Assembly (NCBI GenBank): GCA_036263715.1
Contig: DATAGN010000056.1
Location: 1 to 50,092 of the forward strand
Reading direction: 5' to 3'
Length of the DNA stretch: 50,092 nt
Source: Ramlibacter sp.
Lineage (GTDB): Bacteria > Pseudomonadota > Gammaproteobacteria > Burkholderiales > Burkholderiaceae_C
The translations under genes were made by a program, and so were the position numbers. A model generated the notes under the pieces. The model saw nothing but the letters and a program-made list of their open reading frames with translations, made no database searches and was not told the DNA's origin. Shown piece after piece: positions 47,948 through 50,092 of this stretch (position 1 is its first letter; each line of letters opens with the position of its first letter).

Positions 47948-48978
47948 TCAATCCCGAAGGGCTTCCACGCGGACAGATCCTGCGTGGACCAGTAGCTCTT
48001 TGCGTTGGTTTCGAGAGCGTGCACGCCGCACCGGCCCTCATCGCGGCCGCGTGCCAGCTGTTCATCGCCTTGCCGGGTCGTGCACACGTGCATCGTACGG
48101 GCCAGCACCGGCAGCAAGGCCGTGCGGTCACGAGGAAAGCGGAGGTGGCCCCGCACGAGGTGCACGCGACATGGCGCGATGCGTTCCCCACAGCCGTGGC
48201 CCTTTCGTTGCTGAAAAGCATTGCGCCGGTCTGTGCGGGGACACGGGCGGGCGCTGCGCCCGCGCCGGGCGACGCGCTTGTGCATGCCGGTTGGGGCGCC
48301 GCCCGGATTCAGACAGCCCTTCAGTCGCACGTCGTGCTCCGACCTTGGTGGGTGATCCCCGGCGAAAACAGCGGCAATGATTGGACCGCTACAGGCTCGT
48401 CTGGAGGGGCGCTCTGCAGGAGCGTGCCGGGGAGCTGCGGTCCAGACGATGAACGCCCGCAGCCCCCTCCTTTTATCCTGCGCGGTGCGCGACTTCGTTG
48501 AAGGCGACTCGTGCCGGAGCACAGCTTCGGAAAGCGCAGTACAGCGCACACTTGACGCCCCGCTCGGCGCAGCGCCGCTCGTCCTGGGGCAAACACGCCC
48601 GGATCCACTGCGGCTGCTCGTGCTCCGACCCCAGCCATTCCAGCAGCCGCATCCAGCAATCCGAGGCGCACCGCGCGCCCTGCGGTCGAACAGTGGATTT
48701 TTCTGCCAGCGCGGGAGGGCCTTGGCAGCCCGCCGGCACAGGCGGTGGCTGCATCGCCGTCGCACTGCGCTCGCAGAGTGGTGGATGCGGTGGGCCATGG
48801 AGGTCTCACTGTTTGGCCGTGCAGCCGGCGGAGTGCAATCGAGCGATCCCGCCGGTCGACGGGCCGCCGCAGCTTGCCGGGAGCCGCACACGGTGGTTCC
48901 TCGCCATGCCGGCGCTGCCGTCGCGCGCCTTTGCAAATCGCGCAATCGTGGATCGACTCAGGTCCGAGAGCCGCATCA

Positions 48979-49019
48979 ACCTTGGTGAGATTGCGCCTGT
49001 TCTCCCGCCAGGGAAGATC
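48979..49019 (+). promoter_or_regulatory. Operator + -35: ACCTTGGT-GAGA-TTGCGC
   Basis: Same 4-nt core-to--35 spacing; upstream of the cupin gene; -10 unclear. Confidence 0.6.
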
Positions 49020-49048
49020 TGGCTGCCACCATTCACAAGGAGAAAGCC

Positions 49049-49456
49049 GTGTTCCCTCTGCAGCGCCTTGCAGCGTCGCTGGTCTTCCTGATGGCCGCTC
49101 TGGGCGTCCCGTTCGCGCATGCCGCGCCGGGCCCGGTGCTTGCCGCCCTCCTGAACAAGGACCTGGCTGACTATCCCGGCAAGGAAATGCGGGCGATCAC
49201 CGTCACGTATCCGCCAGGCGGATCCGATCCGGTGCACCGGCACGACGCTCACGTGTTCGTGTACGTCTTGGAGGGTGCCGTGGTGATGGGGGTGCACGGA
49301 CAACAGGAAGTGACGCTGAAGGCCGGGCAGGCCTGGTATGAGGCGCCAGGGGACGTGCACACGGTATCGCGCAACGCGAGCAGTACCCGGCCTGCCAAGT
49401 TTCTGGTCGTTTTCCTCAAGGACAAGGGCACCGCCGACGTGCTTCCGGCCAAGTGA
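49049..49456 (+). CDS. Secreted cupin-domain protein
   Basis: AAGGAG RBS, GTG start, signal ending AHA; HRHDAHVFVYVLEG...EAPGDVH...SRNAS. Confidence 0.92.
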   Translation: MFPLQRLAASLVFLMAALGVPFAHAAPGPVLAALLNKDLADYPGKEMRAITVTYPPGGSDPVHRHDAHVFVYVLEGAVVMGVHGQQEVTLKAGQAWYEAPGDVHTVSRNASSTRPAKFLVVFLKDKGTADVLPAK

Positions 49457-49559
49457 CGAGCGCCGCGCGCCGGTGCGACAGTCCCTTGCAAGCCGCAGAA
49501 GCCCCTGCCCTGCGGCACGTGTTCAGCATGCTGCTCACTGGCACGGCGGACGCCGCTGA

Positions 49560-50092
<533 letters not shown>

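Overview
GC-rich bacterial DNA that reads like Betaproteobacteria (Comamonadaceae-like gene content; inference). It is an accessory stress-response and signalling region. I found no rRNA, tRNA, CRISPR array, transposase or integrase. Signalling genes: four intact histidine kinases (one a 1853-aa kinase-like/AAA/GAF/PAS/HK fusion, one with no sensor domain), one scrambled kinase pseudogene and three response regulators. Metabolic and redox genes: IorAB-type molybdoenzyme, Ohr, an orphan AceE, a flavoprotein disulfide reductase, three exported epoxide hydrolases plus two Tat alpha/beta hydrolases, cupins, an Old Yellow Enzyme, DipZ/DoxX, ChaC and TrxB. Three things stand out. (1) A repeated operator/promoter architecture (ACCWWGGT core, 4-5 nt, -35, 17 nt, -10, often CTGCTTTCATG) lies upstream of about nine transcription units, probably the regulon of the StyR/TodT/NodW-like regulator at 21638. 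(2) A minus-strand cluster at 16357-18872 downstream of such a promoter encodes a small phage-like protein, a TraR-like DxxDxA Zn-finger protein, a possible leader peptide, and an uncharacterised MotA/TolQ/ExbB-type motor triad whose B subunit has a YfaP-like domain instead of a peptidoglycan-binding domain. (3) Gene remnants with internal micro-inversions flank a LysR gene on both sides. All calls come from reading motifs by eye; no database searches were run.
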